From an uncultured bacterium (lineage in GTDB: Bacteria; Fidelibacterota; Marinisomatia; Marinisomatales; UBA1611): a stretch of 52,553 nt of DNA. This document shows, in pieces, positions 1-13,308 of the stretch (positions are counted from its first letter, which is position 1; every line of letters begins with the position of its first letter). The stretch covers positions 15,132-67,684 of the forward strand of contig CBFIBM010000010.1 of NCBI GenBank assembly GCA_965660855.1, read 5' to 3'. Below the pieces are notes generated by a model. It saw nothing but the letters and a program-made list of their open reading frames with translations. It was not told where the DNA came from and made no database searches. Made by a program: the position numbers and the translations under genes.

Positions 1-72
1 CACAATTATAATTATAGAAAAAGCAATGAGAATTAAAATTCCAAAAATTCCAGCTGTAATATTTTTGATCAT
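1..72 (-). CDS. hflC: Protease modulator HflC, N-terminal fragment (runs off window start)
   Basis: ATG at 72 overlaps the hflK stop (ATGA). It reads MIKNITAGIFGILILIAFSIIIIV, a hydrophobic TM anchor, in the canonical position after hflK. Confidence 0.75.
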   Translation of the reverse strand, partial: MIKNITAGIFGILILIAFSIIIIV

Positions 73-1043
73 TTTGAAACTCCTTTGCTATTCGTTGAAT
101 TAAGGTTTAATAAATTGAGTAATCCTCCGCTATTTTTATCAGGAACTATGAATTTTTCGATTCCAGGTAAAACTTTTTGCATTGTCTCAAGATATAACCG
201 TTTTTCTGTGATACTCTTTGCTTTTCTATATTCTTTTAAAATTGTTGAAAATTTTTCAGCATCTCCCTCAGAACGCTTAATTCTAGACTCCTTAAAACCC
301 TCGGCGTCTCTTATCATAGATTCTGCTTCACCTCTTGCTTTAGGGATGACATCGTTTCTATAACCTTCTGCTTGATTAATCATTCTATTTTTATCTTCTT
401 TCGCAGAAGCAACGTCTTTAAATGCTCCAATTACCTCTTTAGGAGGAGACACATCTTGAAGTTGAACTGCAACAATATGTATTCCAGATTCATATTTATC
501 AAGAACTAAAGATAATTGCTCTTTAGTTTCTTCTTGAATTGTGAATTTTCCAGTTGTCAATGTTTCATCTATTTTATTTCTACCTACTACAGTTCTCAAA
601 CTAGCTTCAGCTGCTTGCCTTACAGTTAGCTCAGGCGCAACAATATTGAAAAGGTAAGCAACAGGATCTTTAATTTTATATTGAACTATCATTTCAGCAT
701 CAACAATATTCTCATCACCAGTAAGCATAAGACTTTCTTTTTCCACAGTTCTATATTGTCCATTCTTAAGGGTTCTGAAACCAATCTCTATTCTTTTGAC
801 CTCCGTAACCTTTGGAGTCTCTACTGTTTCAATTGGTGCCGGGAAATGCCAATTTAATCCTGATTGCGATACTCTTGAAAATTTACCAAAAGTCCTAACC
901 ACACCTACTTCATCTGGTCCAACACTATATATTCCCGTAAGTAACCATAAAATCACAAGAATTAATATAACTGGTGCAATTTTGAAATTAAAATCTGGGA
1001 TTTCAACCTCTTGATCGCCGATTATTACTCTTCTAGCTGCCAT
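69..1043 (-). CDS. hflK: FtsH protease modulator HflK (SPFH domain)
   Basis: N-terminal TM, GVVRTFGK, MLTGDENIVD, AFKDVASAKED, PKARGEA, RLYLETMQKVL. AAGGAG SD upstream. Confidence 0.95.
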   Translation of the reverse strand: MAARRVIIGDQEVEIPDFNFKIAPVILILVILWLLTGIYSVGPDEVGVVRTFGKFSRVSQSGLNWHFPAPIETVETPKVTEVKRIEIGFRTLKNGQYRTVEKESLMLTGDENIVDAEMIVQYKIKDPVAYLFNIVAPELTVRQAAEASLRTVVGRNKIDETLTTGKFTIQEETKEQLSLVLDKYESGIHIVAVQLQDVSPPKEVIGAFKDVASAKEDKNRMINQAEGYRNDVIPKARGEAESMIRDAEGFKESRIKRSEGDAEKFSTILKEYRKAKSITEKRLYLETMQKVLPGIEKFIVPDKNSGGLLNLLNLNSTNSKGVSK

Positions 1044-1053
1044 AAATACTCCT

Positions 1054-2400
1054 TTATATTTCTTTTCTTAAACGAGCTACAGGGAAGCCCATCTGATCTC
1101 GATATTTGGCTATTGTTCTCCTAGCCAATTTATATCCAATTTTTTCAAGTTTCTCAACTAATAAATCATCACTTAATGGTTCTTTTTTATTTTCATTATT
1201 AATGATTTTTTCTAAAGCTTTTTTTATTACAAAAGTTCCATAAACTTTACCATTTTTCAACTCGATTGAATCAGTAAAAAAATGCTTTAATTCAAATACT
1301 CCATACGGGGTATCAACAAATTTTCCACGGGTAGAACGGCTTATAGTTGAAATATCCATATTAATTCTGTCTGCAATATCTTGGAGTTTAAGTGGCCTTA
1401 AAAAATTTAAATCACCATTAAACCACTCCGGCTGCAATGAGATAATTGTTTTTGTAACATTTATCATTGTTTTTCTTCTTTCATTAACAGCTTCAATAAA
1501 CCAATTAGCAGAGTCTATTTTATCTTTAATATATTTTTGAGCATCACTCTTTAATACTCCATTTTCTAATTGATCTTGGTACATTTTTGAAATCCTTAAT
1601 TCAGGAATACCGCCATCATTTGTGGTAATAATCCAATCATCACCATCTTCATTAATAATTACATCAGGAATTACGACTTGAAATTTATCTCCAAAACCCT
1701 CTCCAGGCCTAGGGTTCAAATGTGATATTTTCTCAACTGCTTCATGCAAACTTTTTTCATCGCAATTTAATTTATCCATGATTTTAGAATATCTCTTATG
1801 CATAAAATCATCAAAACAAACATTAACTATTTCAAATGCAAGAGAATCTTTATTATCTTCTAATTGTATTGAAAGACATTCACGTAGATTCCTTGAAGCT
1901 ATGCCCAAAGGGTTCAATCTCTGTACTTTTTGTAAAATTGGTTCAACCTCTTCTTCAAGTAAATCGTATCTATCAGCAATTAAAATAAGATCTGTATCTA
2001 AATATCCTCTCTCATTTGTATTCCATAAAATTTCTTCTGCTATTTCAAATTGAAAATCATCAAGCTCAATGTCTAATAATTGATGTATCAAGTTTTCTAT
2101 TAAACTTTGATGATCAGGTAGAGGCATTTCTTTTTTCTCTTCAGATAAATAATATAAAGATTCATCGCTATACATATCCTCTAAAGGAGCATCTATTTCA
2201 TCATCACTATTTTCCTCATTTTCAACGATTTGTTGTTCTTCATTAGGTTCAATTTGTTCTAGAATTGGGTTTTGTTCAAGTTCATTTAATACAGCTTGCT
2301 CTAAATTTACGGTATTCAATTGTAATAGTTTTGCTTGTAGAACTTGCTTTGGAGCGAGTTTTTGTTTTTGAGTTTGTAGTTGTTTTAAACTAGTCGCCAT
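1054..2400 (-). CDS. rpoN: RNA polymerase sigma-54 factor
   Basis: Gln/Leu-rich region I, ELEQNPILE, HTH DIADRINMDISTISR, RpoN box ARRTIAKYR. Confidence 0.97.
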   Translation of the reverse strand: MATSLKQLQTQKQKLAPKQVLQAKLLQLNTVNLEQAVLNELEQNPILEQIEPNEEQQIVENEENSDDEIDAPLEDMYSDESLYYLSEEKKEMPLPDHQSLIENLIHQLLDIELDDFQFEIAEEILWNTNERGYLDTDLILIADRYDLLEEEVEPILQKVQRLNPLGIASRNLRECLSIQLEDNKDSLAFEIVNVCFDDFMHKRYSKIMDKLNCDEKSLHEAVEKISHLNPRPGEGFGDKFQVVIPDVIINEDGDDWIITTNDGGIPELRISKMYQDQLENGVLKSDAQKYIKDKIDSANWFIEAVNERRKTMINVTKTIISLQPEWFNGDLNFLRPLKLQDIADRINMDISTISRSTRGKFVDTPYGVFELKHFFTDSIELKNGKVYGTFVIKKALEKIINNENKKEPLSDDLLVEKLEKIGYKLARRTIAKYRDQMGFPVARLRKEI

Positions 2401-2402
2401 TG

Positions 2403-3143
2403 TTAATCAAGCCTAAACTTTTCTCCAAGATATAGCCTTTTAGCTTCTTCATCATTTGCTAATATATTAGAAGTACCAGATTTTAAGATTTGCCCATCAA
2501 ATAAAAGATAAGATCTATCTGTTATCGATAGTGTCTCTCTAACATTATGATCTGTAATTAAAACTCCAATATCTTTTTCTTTCAAAGAAAAAACAATGCT
2601 TTGGATTTCTTCTACGGCAATGGGATCAACACCTGCAAATGGTTCATCTAATAATATAAAATCAGGATCCATGCATAAACAACGAGCTATTTCCACTCTT
2701 CTTCTCTCTCCACCAGATAATGTATGACCTTTGCTCTTCATTAAATGAGAAACTGATAAATCATTTAATAATACTTCCATTTTAGCTATTTGTTTGTCTT
2801 TGCTTAGATCCTTTCTGGTCTCCAAAACTAATTGTAAATTTTCTCTTACAGATAGTTTTCCAAAAATGGAAGGCTCTTGTGCAAGGTATCCAATACCTCG
2901 TCTTGCTCTTATATACATTGCATCATTGGTAACCTTATCCTGATCCAAAAAGACATCTCCACTAGAAGGCTTTACCATGCCAGTAATCATATAAAATGAA
3001 GTTGTTTTACCGGCACCATTTGGTCCTAGAAGTCCAACTATTTCTCCTCTGCTTACGGATATATCTATACCTTTAACAACTGTCTTGCTCCCATATGTCT
3101 TTATCAATTTTCTTGCACTTAATTCATTATATCGATCTCTCAT
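2403..3143 (-). CDS. lptB: LPS export ABC transporter ATPase
   Basis: GPNGAGKTT, GIGYLAQEPSIF, LSGGERRRVEIAR, LLDEPFAGVDP, ITDHNVRETL. Confidence 0.97.
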   Translation of the reverse strand: MRDRYNELSARKLIKTYGSKTVVKGIDISVSRGEIVGLLGPNGAGKTTSFYMITGMVKPSSGDVFLDQDKVTNDAMYIRARRGIGYLAQEPSIFGKLSVRENLQLVLETRKDLSKDKQIAKMEVLLNDLSVSHLMKSKGHTLSGGERRRVEIARCLCMDPDFILLDEPFAGVDPIAVEEIQSIVFSLKEKDIGVLITDHNVRETLSITDRSYLLFDGQILKSGTSNILANDEEAKRLYLGEKFRLD

Positions 3144-3670
3144 TTAATACCCCTACTTGTTACTCCAGAGGGTTCCAAAATATGCCAATTTTTTAAATCT
3201 GAATCTGATTCAAAACCAATACCATATAAAGTATCAGTTTCTAAAGTTGTAATTTTAATTTTATCTTTGGTAAATAATCTTTCTTCTCTGGAATTATAGG
3301 TAAGTGTTTCTGAAAAAAGAGTTATACCACTATCTGATACCGCTACCACACTTCCTATTGCTTTCATATCATTCGAAATTTGATCTACTTCAGCGCTTTC
3401 AGATGTAATTACAGATGAGAGATTTTCCATATTGTCAAAAAATTTAACTTTAACAGATTGATTTAAAATAATAAACTCTTTTTTATTATATTTTTCTAGG
3501 TGACCTGATGAAATCTCTGCTGTCAATCGACCTTCTTTTGTTAAGAGTATTTTCACCCCCCAACTTTCTTGATCCGGAAAATCTATTTTTGAAGGCAATA
3601 ACTCTGTGCCATTATCCCTACAAGAAGAAAAAAAAAATATTAAGAATATATAAAGTATATATTTAACCAT
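3140..3670 (-). CDS. lptC: LPS export periplasmic protein LptC (lipoprotein type)
   Basis: Lipobox FFSSC, beta-jellyroll-like strands, G-x-G-F-E-S-D near the C-terminus, located between kdsC and lptB. Confidence 0.85.
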   Translation of the reverse strand: MVKYILYIFLIFFFSSCRDNGTELLPSKIDFPDQESWGVKILLTKEGRLTAEISSGHLEKYNKKEFIILNQSVKVKFFDNMENLSSVITSESAEVDQISNDMKAIGSVVAVSDSGITLFSETLTYNSREERLFTKDKIKITTLETDTLYGIGFESDSDLKNWHILEPSGVTSRGIK

Positions 3671-3673
3671 AAA

Positions 3674-6623
<2,950 letters not shown>

Positions 6624-6641
6624 ACCTAATTCTCTAAACTA

Positions 6642-7358
6642 TTATTTATGTTTATCATTTAATATTTTTTTTACTTCATTTAGGTCTTCTTGTGTATCTA
6701 CAGAAAGTGCATCTAATGAAGTTATCATTGCTCTAATTGGGATATCATTATCTAGAGCTCGCATTTGCTCTAAATTCCTTTCTAGCTCTCTATTTGAAGC
6801 TTCAAGGGATGTAAAATATGATAAAGTTTTTGGCTTAAATCCATACATACCAATGTGCTTATAAACACCACCTATTTCTAAATCAAATACATTCCTCTTA
6901 AACTCAACAGCATTATGACTTTCATCCATTATTGCCTTTACTACATTCGGGTTAAGCAATTCACTAACAGTTAATTTATTACTCAGAACTGTTGCCATTT
7001 TTACCTGAGGATCTTCCATAACACTCACTAAGTCGTCAATCATTTTAGGTTCTAACAAAGGTTCATCTCCTTGAATATTTATTATTATTTCTGCATCAGG
7101 GAACTTTTTTGCAACTTCGTTCACTCTATCTGTTCCCGAAATATGTTTATCAGAAGTCATAAAAATTTCAAATTCATATTTAGATAAATAATCGATTGTT
7201 TCATCAGAATCTACTCCTAGGACCACCTTATCTAGTTTTGTTGATTTTAATGCTCTTTCCATTACATGGGCAATCATTGGCTTACCAGAGATATCTAATA
7301 AAATCTTATTTGGTAATCTTTTAGAATTAAGTCGAGCTGGAATTATTCCAATGTTCAT
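6642..7358 (-). CDS. kdsB: CMP-Kdo synthetase
   Basis: IPARLNSKRLPNK, SGTDR, NIQGDEP, HIGMYGF, LEQMRAL, VDTQEDL. Confidence 0.95.
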   Translation of the reverse strand: MNIGIIPARLNSKRLPNKILLDISGKPMIAHVMERALKSTKLDKVVLGVDSDETIDYLSKYEFEIFMTSDKHISGTDRVNEVAKKFPDAEIIINIQGDEPLLEPKMIDDLVSVMEDPQVKMATVLSNKLTVSELLNPNVVKAIMDESHNAVEFKRNVFDLEIGGVYKHIGMYGFKPKTLSYFTSLEASNRELERNLEQMRALDNDIPIRAMITSLDALSVDTQEDLNEVKKILNDKHK

Positions 7359-7491
7359 ACATACGTCTCCGTACTTTTAATTTTGAAATAAAAAACTGCT
7401 TTAAAAGATATAACAGATATAATTCGCATAATAATATAGAGAAATTTAATTCTTACAAAAGGTAAAGGATATAAGTAACTCATAAAGAATA

Positions 7492-8736
7492 TCACTCAAA
7501 TCTTAGAGATTCAATTGGGTCTAATTGTGCCGCTCTCCATGCTGGATATATACCAAATCCAACACCGATACCAGAACAAACTACTAATCCAATAACTGCC
7601 CAATCCATCGGTATAACTGCTGGGATATTAAAAATAACTGCGACCATATTACCTCCAGCAACACCCATTATTATTCCTATAATACCTCCAAATTCACTTA
7701 GAAAGATTGCTTCCATTAAAAATTGAGTTAGGATATCTTTTTTAGTAGCCCCAATTGCTTTTCGTATACCTATTTCCTTTACACGCTCAGTAACCGAAAC
7801 CAGCATTATATTCATTATACCTATCCCCGCAACAATTAAAGCGATAACACTTACACATAAAGCAAAAAGTTTAACTCCATTTGTAAACCCGGAAAATTGC
7901 TCAATCATCTCTGTATTCGTAACTACTTCAAAATCATTTTCTTCTTCGGGCTTCACTTTACGGATTGACCTCATAAGCCCTATAGCTTCGTCCTTAGTTT
8001 TTTCAAAAGTGCCTTCAGATGAAGATTCCACATGTATACTCAACGTAGTCCAACGATCCGAAAACCGATCTAAATATGTAGAAATTGGAATTGCAATAAA
8101 ATTATCCTTACTTTGACCAAAAGCTTCACCCTGTCTTTCTGTGACTCCAATAACATAATAGTCTAATCCATCTATTTTTATTTTTTTACTAATTGGGTCT
8201 TCAAATGGAAACAATCTATCAACAACATCCATTCCTAAAACACATACATTTTTCCCGTAATGAATATCATCTTCAATAAAATTTCTTCCATCAGAAAGAT
8301 AAGTGTTGTAAAACCTAATAGTACCATCATCACCCCCAATTAGCTCAACATAATTTTTTACAATTTTGTCTTTATATTTGACGTTTCTTACAGAGGAACC
8401 TTCTAATACACTGACCAAAATGGGAAGAGTTGATCGTGATTTAAATTTTTGATATTGTAAAAAATCTATATTTTTTCTTTTTGCAATTTTTCTATCGTCC
8501 CCAAACGAAATTTCAGGATATTTTTGTATTATAAAAGTATTGGTGGCAAATACATTTAGACCTGATGCAATTGAAGACTCAAGAGTCCTAATTGCGGTCA
8601 TAACACCTACCACAGAAAAAACGCCGATACTTATTCCTAAAAGGGTTAAGATAGAACGAAGTGTATTTTTTCTAATCGAATCAATAGCCATCCAAAAACT
8701 TTCATTCACTATATTTTTTAAATTTCTTGAAGCCAT
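7492..8736 (-). CDS. MacB/FtsX-family ABC permease
   Basis: RSILTLLGISIGV, large periplasmic domain, GIGIMNIMLVSVTERVKEIGIRKAIGA, C-terminal LDPIESLRFE. Confidence 0.93.
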   Translation of the reverse strand: MASRNLKNIVNESFWMAIDSIRKNTLRSILTLLGISIGVFSVVGVMTAIRTLESSIASGLNVFATNTFIIQKYPEISFGDDRKIAKRKNIDFLQYQKFKSRSTLPILVSVLEGSSVRNVKYKDKIVKNYVELIGGDDGTIRFYNTYLSDGRNFIEDDIHYGKNVCVLGMDVVDRLFPFEDPISKKIKIDGLDYYVIGVTERQGEAFGQSKDNFIAIPISTYLDRFSDRWTTLSIHVESSSEGTFEKTKDEAIGLMRSIRKVKPEEENDFEVVTNTEMIEQFSGFTNGVKLFALCVSVIALIVAGIGIMNIMLVSVTERVKEIGIRKAIGATKKDILTQFLMEAIFLSEFGGIIGIIMGVAGGNMVAVIFNIPAVIPMDWAVIGLVVCSGIGVGFGIYPAWRAAQLDPIESLRFE

Positions 8737-8737
8737 T

Positions 8738-9949
8738 TCATTCGTACCTAAGAGAATCTATTGGGTCAAGATTTGCAGCTTGATATGATGGTATAGCTCC
8801 TGATACAACACCAACTATTATACTTATTAAAATTGAGAATATTGCCAACCCTAGATCTAAAGTAGATGGAAAAATTTTATTTAATAAAATACTTAGAACA
8901 TAAGAAATTGATAAACCCATTAATCCAGCTATTAAACAAATTGAAACTGCTTCCATGAGAAATTGTCCTAGAATCATCCCTTTTGTGGCCCCAATAGCTT
9001 TACGAACACCAATCTCCTTTGTCCTTTCTTTCACGGAAACAAACATAATATTCATTACTCCAATACCACCTACAATAAGAGATAAAAGAGTTATAAATGT
9101 CCCTGTACCACCAATTGCCAACTTTAGAGTATTGTAATTTTTTTCAAAAGCTTTTGTCTGATTAATCGCAAAATCATTTTTTTGATTTGGCTTAAGCCCG
9201 CGTAAATGGCGCATTACAGATGAGATTTCATCTAGCCCCTCTTCTATTTTATTTTCTGGAATTTTGATACTTAGTCTCATCCATCCTCGCTTTGAGAAAA
9301 TTCTATTGTAAGCTCCAATAGGAAGAATCGCTTGCTTATCAACGCTAAATAGTCCTAAAAATTTTCCTTGTTTTTCCAAAACACCTATTACACGAAATTT
9401 TACATTGTCTATCTTAATATATTTACCTATCGGGTCATTCTCTCCAAAAAAAGCCTCTTTAATTCCATCTCCAATTACAGTCACCCTTGCACCAGATCTA
9501 TCTTCATTTTTTGAAAAAAACCTACCCTGAACAATATTTGTTGTAATAGTTTCCATATAATCATTATTTGTACCAAATATCTCTGTTCTTGTTTCTTTCT
9601 CACCCATTGAAAGTGATGCTCCACGCTGCATGACCGGAGCAACAGCAAGTGCATATTTTGATCTTTCCTTAATTTTATCAACATACTCGGATCGGATCCT
9701 CGGCCTATTTCTCACTTCCCACCACTCCATATCTCCAAACCATTCATATCGGCTAATGTATAAAATATCTTTCCCAAGCCATGACATACTGCTCTCAAAG
9801 GTCTTATCGAGTCCTGAAATAAGTGTTCCCATCATAGTTACAGATACTACACCAATTATTATACCCAGCGCCGTTAGTATTGACCTCGTTTTATTTGCAA
9901 AAATTGAGGATAAAGAAATCAAAAAGTTTTCTAAAAATAATAAAATCAT
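8738..9949 (-). CDS. MacB/FtsX-family ABC permease (second paralog)
   Basis: [51 protein letters not shown]. Confidence 0.93.
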   Translation of the reverse strand: MILLFLENFLISLSSIFANKTRSILTALGIIIGVVSVTMMGTLISGLDKTFESSMSWLGKDILYISRYEWFGDMEWWEVRNRPRIRSEYVDKIKERSKYALAVAPVMQRGASLSMGEKETRTEIFGTNNDYMETITTNIVQGRFFSKNEDRSGARVTVIGDGIKEAFFGENDPIGKYIKIDNVKFRVIGVLEKQGKFLGLFSVDKQAILPIGAYNRIFSKRGWMRLSIKIPENKIEEGLDEISSVMRHLRGLKPNQKNDFAINQTKAFEKNYNTLKLAIGGTGTFITLLSLIVGGIGVMNIMFVSVKERTKEIGVRKAIGATKGMILGQFLMEAVSICLIAGLMGLSISYVLSILLNKIFPSTLDLGLAIFSILISIIVGVVSGAIPSYQAANLDPIDSLRYE

Positions 9950-10635
9950 TTCTCTTTTATTGCAGAGTCCTCTATTATTTTTCCATCTAACAATCTTATA
10001 ATTCTACGAGCATGCTGAGCAATATCATCTTCGTGAGTCACCAAAATAATCGTATTACCATCCTGATATAATTGATCAAGAATTTTCATAATCTCATGCC
10101 CACTTTTTGAGTCTAAGTTCCCGGTAGGTTCGTCAGCCAAAATGATAGATGGTCTGTTTACTAATGCTCGCGCTATTGCTACTCGTTGCCGCTGTCCACC
10201 AGATAATTCATTTGGCTTGTGGTGCATACGATCTGCAAGGCCAACGTCTTCCAATACTTTAGCAGCCACTTTGACTCTTTCAGCTTTTCTTATATTACCG
10301 TAAATAAGAGGTATTTCAACATTCTGCTGCGCAGTTGCTTTAGGCAACAAATTAAATGTTTGAAAAACAAACCCTATCTTACGATTTCTTATGGATGCAA
10401 GTTGGTCATCATCCATTTCCTGTACCATTTCTCCCTCAAATTGATAAATACCTGAGGAAGGAGTATCTAAGCAACCAATCATATTCATCAGAGTGGATTT
10501 TCCTGAACCTGATGGTCCCATGATTGCTAGATATTCATTTTCTTTTATATCTAAATCAATACCATCCAAAGCTCGTACTTCTTCACCACCTACATTATAT
10601 ATTTTGTAAATACTTTTAAGTTCAATTAAAATCAA
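9946..10635 (-). CDS. MacB/LolD-type ABC ATPase
   Basis: [48 protein letters not shown]. Confidence 0.95.
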   Translation of the reverse strand: MILIELKSIYKIYNVGGEEVRALDGIDLDIKENEYLAIMGPSGSGKSTLMNMIGCLDTPSSGIYQFEGEMVQEMDDDQLASIRNRKIGFVFQTFNLLPKATAQQNVEIPLIYGNIRKAERVKVAAKVLEDVGLADRMHHKPNELSGGQRQRVAIARALVNRPSIILADEPTGNLDSKSGHEIMKILDQLYQDGNTIILVTHEDDIAQHARRIIRLLDGKIIEDSAIKEK

Positions 10636-10663
10636 AATAATTCACTATCTTGTAATAGCTCTC

Positions 10664-11929
10664 CTATTCTTTAATCTCATATAGTTTTTGATTTCGAATA
10701 GTGACTAAATCTCCATGGTTCAGTTCTTTGCTTAAAGCTCTATATCCACCGACAATGATTGTATCTCCTTCTCTAAGACCAGATTTGACTTCGTAATAAT
10801 TTTCCCCTGAAATACCAATATTAATCACTTTTACCAAAGCATATTTTTTATCGTTTTCAGCTTTATTTCCTTCAAATTCATTTTTTATAATAAAAACTAC
10901 GTCTATTGGTTTTACTTTTTTGAAAGAAAAATTTTCATCATTATCATCCCATTTTTTCTCTTTTTTTTCATTTACCTTATGATTTTTATAATTTTCAGGT
11001 CTAGATGTAAGAGCTTGAATTGGAATAGACAATGCATCTTTAATCGTTGAAGTAATAATATTTACAGTGCTGCTCATACCAGGACGAATTTTATCCGGAA
11101 CCGTGATCATTTTGACTTTCACTTTAAAATTTGTGACCTGCTGCTGGGACCCCATATTCATAGATTGAGCTGTATGTGCAATTTCACTTACAACTCCAAA
11201 AAAGGTCGTATCTGGGTAAGCATCTATTTCAATTTCTGTTGTATCACCAATAGTTATATTAACAACATCATTTTCGTTTACATCAACCTCCACTTCCATT
11301 CTACTTAGATCAGCAACCGTCATTAAAACACCCGGATTAAACATTCCTCCTACAGCCATTTCTCCTTCTTCTTTTGTAATACTAGTAACAATTCCATACT
11401 TTGGTGCAGTTAGACGAGTTTTTGAAAGTTCATCTTCCGCAGATAAAAGATTTGCATTTGCCTGCTCAGCTTGACTTAATGCTATTTGAAAAGAAGCCTC
11501 TACTTGTTCTTGATCTTGTTTTGAAATAAGCTTTTGGGAAAATAAAGAATTTGTCCTTTCCATCTGAGCTTTTACTTTTTTTAGATTTGCTTCCGATGAT
11601 TTTACTTGAGAGAGTGCATTGTTATATCGTGGCCTAATTTGTTTTTCATCAATGCTTATTAAGTGTTGCCCTGGCTCAACTATATCTCCTTCCATTACAG
11701 TAATTTCGGTTATCCATCCAGTTATTGTTGAGGTGATTTGAACAGATTCTTCAGGCTGAATTTTTCCGCTGGCATTAATTTTTTGTACGATTGTCCTTAA
11801 CTTAACTTTTTCAGCTTCAATAGATACTATATCATCAGATCCTGATTTTGTTATGAAAATCCAAAAACCTAAAATCAGACTAGTTAAAAAAGGAATCCAG
11901 ATTTTTTTCTTCTTTATTATTTTAAACAT
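10664..11929 (-). CDS. Efflux periplasmic adaptor (MacA-like membrane fusion protein)
   Basis: N-terminal TM, ASGKIQP, lipoyl-like half motifs flanking a helical hairpin, IRPGMS, VKSGLREGD. Confidence 0.93.
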   Translation of the reverse strand: MFKIIKKKKIWIPFLTSLILGFWIFITKSGSDDIVSIEAEKVKLRTIVQKINASGKIQPEESVQITSTITGWITEITVMEGDIVEPGQHLISIDEKQIRPRYNNALSQVKSSEANLKKVKAQMERTNSLFSQKLISKQDQEQVEASFQIALSQAEQANANLLSAEDELSKTRLTAPKYGIVTSITKEEGEMAVGGMFNPGVLMTVADLSRMEVEVDVNENDVVNITIGDTTEIEIDAYPDTTFFGVVSEIAHTAQSMNMGSQQQVTNFKVKVKMITVPDKIRPGMSSTVNIITSTIKDALSIPIQALTSRPENYKNHKVNEKKEKKWDDNDENFSFKKVKPIDVVFIIKNEFEGNKAENDKKYALVKVINIGISGENYYEVKSGLREGDTIIVGGYRALSKELNHGDLVTIRNQKLYEIKE

Positions 11930-11940
11930 TTTATTTTCTT

Positions 11941-13278
11941 CTATTGGTATTTTTTATCCAAAACACCCAAGAGAGCGTTTAAGCTTGCCTCTTGAATTCT
12001 AGCATCATGGATAGTATTAATAAGAGATGACTTTGAACGCATTAGGGATACTTGAGCATCTAATACTTCTAAAATTGTAGCAGATCCAAGACTATATCGC
12101 TCAGTAACAAGTTTAAGATCCTCTTCAGCAGAAATAACAATTTCCTTATTAATAGGAATTATTTCTACATAATTAGTTAAAATTTCACGAATTAATTCTG
12201 CCTGTACACGCAAGTCATTTAAAAGAGTAATATAATCGTATTCAGATCGTTGTTTATTTATAGAAGCCTGCTGTTGTTGCATTAATAAACTATTACCAGA
12301 ATAAATTGGGAAACTAAAAGATAAATTAAGCCCTAAAGACCAATCATCTTGAAGAGACGATATTAGTTTTTCTGAGTTTTCTCCATTTGCAGAATAATTA
12401 ACAGAGCTATTTATAAATGGCATTCTTAATCCTTTTGCTAATTTTATTGATAAGTCTTGAACTTTTATTTGTTTTTTTGAAATAGCTATTGAAGGATTAT
12501 TTTCTTTTAATGATTTTAGAACTTCAGTTTTTGAAGGTATTTTAGGAGTGATCCATTCTTTATCCATAGCAGTGACTTTTTGTCCAAAGTCTTGAAGACC
12601 CATATCATTGAATAAAACCCTCCTGCTATTTTCATAAGTAACTTTTTTATTTAGAGATTCAACCCGAGCTTGTCCGTAAGCTACATTTGCTTTCAAAAGG
12701 TCGGTTTTTTTAACTACACCTAATTCAAATTGTTTTTCAACAAAGGAAACCTGATCCATTGACATTTCTAAATTTTTTTCTGAAACATTATATAACTTTT
12801 GTGCTTGCAAAAGATTGTAGTAAGATTGAATTACCTTTTGAATTACATTTATTTTAATTAATCTTTTATTTAAATGTGCTATATCTAAATTAGTACGCGC
12901 TTGTTGTATTAAAGTTCTTGATCTTCCGCCATCGTAAACCATCTGATTCAATGAGACCCCAGCTGATAGATTATCATATTTATTTGAAACTAAAGTATCT
13001 CCTGAAAAAGTACTTAAATCATATGAAATCGTTTCTCTTTCTGGAAAACGATTTTGAGACGCTCCGCTTATTATTTGTATGACTGGTAAGACTCCGCTTA
13101 AAGAAGCTTTTGCACTTTTCTCAGCAGAAGCGACATCAAGCGATGCTGAGAGAATTGTTTTCTTCTGGTTTAAAGCAATTTTAATGCAATCATTTAAAGT
13201 ATAATCCTGTCCGATCAGATTTTGAAAAACCCAAGCTAATACTATGATGAAAATTTTCAAATTTTGCTGAATTACCAT
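11941..13278 (-). CDS. TolC-family outer membrane efflux protein
   Basis: Signal peptide, TLNDCIKIAL, QFELGVVKKTDLLKA, ERYSLGSATILEVLDAQ. Heads the adaptor/ABC operon. Confidence 0.92.
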   Translation of the reverse strand: MVIQQNLKIFIIVLAWVFQNLIGQDYTLNDCIKIALNQKKTILSASLDVASAEKSAKASLSGVLPVIQIISGASQNRFPERETISYDLSTFSGDTLVSNKYDNLSAGVSLNQMVYDGGRSRTLIQQARTNLDIAHLNKRLIKINVIQKVIQSYYNLLQAQKLYNVSEKNLEMSMDQVSFVEKQFELGVVKKTDLLKANVAYGQARVESLNKKVTYENSRRVLFNDMGLQDFGQKVTAMDKEWITPKIPSKTEVLKSLKENNPSIAISKKQIKVQDLSIKLAKGLRMPFINSSVNYSANGENSEKLISSLQDDWSLGLNLSFSFPIYSGNSLLMQQQQASINKQRSEYDYITLLNDLRVQAELIREILTNYVEIIPINKEIVISAEEDLKLVTERYSLGSATILEVLDAQVSLMRSKSSLINTIHDARIQEASLNALLGVLDKKYQ

Positions 13279-13308
13279 CTAAAAATGTTTCATGAAAATT
13301 AAAAAAAC

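Noticed and set aside
3628..3637. A10 homopolymer in the lptC signal region as a phase-variation tract
   Set aside because: It encodes Phe-rich signal residues in frame. Long A/T runs are common in this AT-rich DNA and the gene is likely essential.
7492..13278. TolC-adaptor-ATPase-two-permease cluster as a novel secretion system
   Set aside because: It is a common MacAB-TolC-type arrangement with no cargo gene visible.
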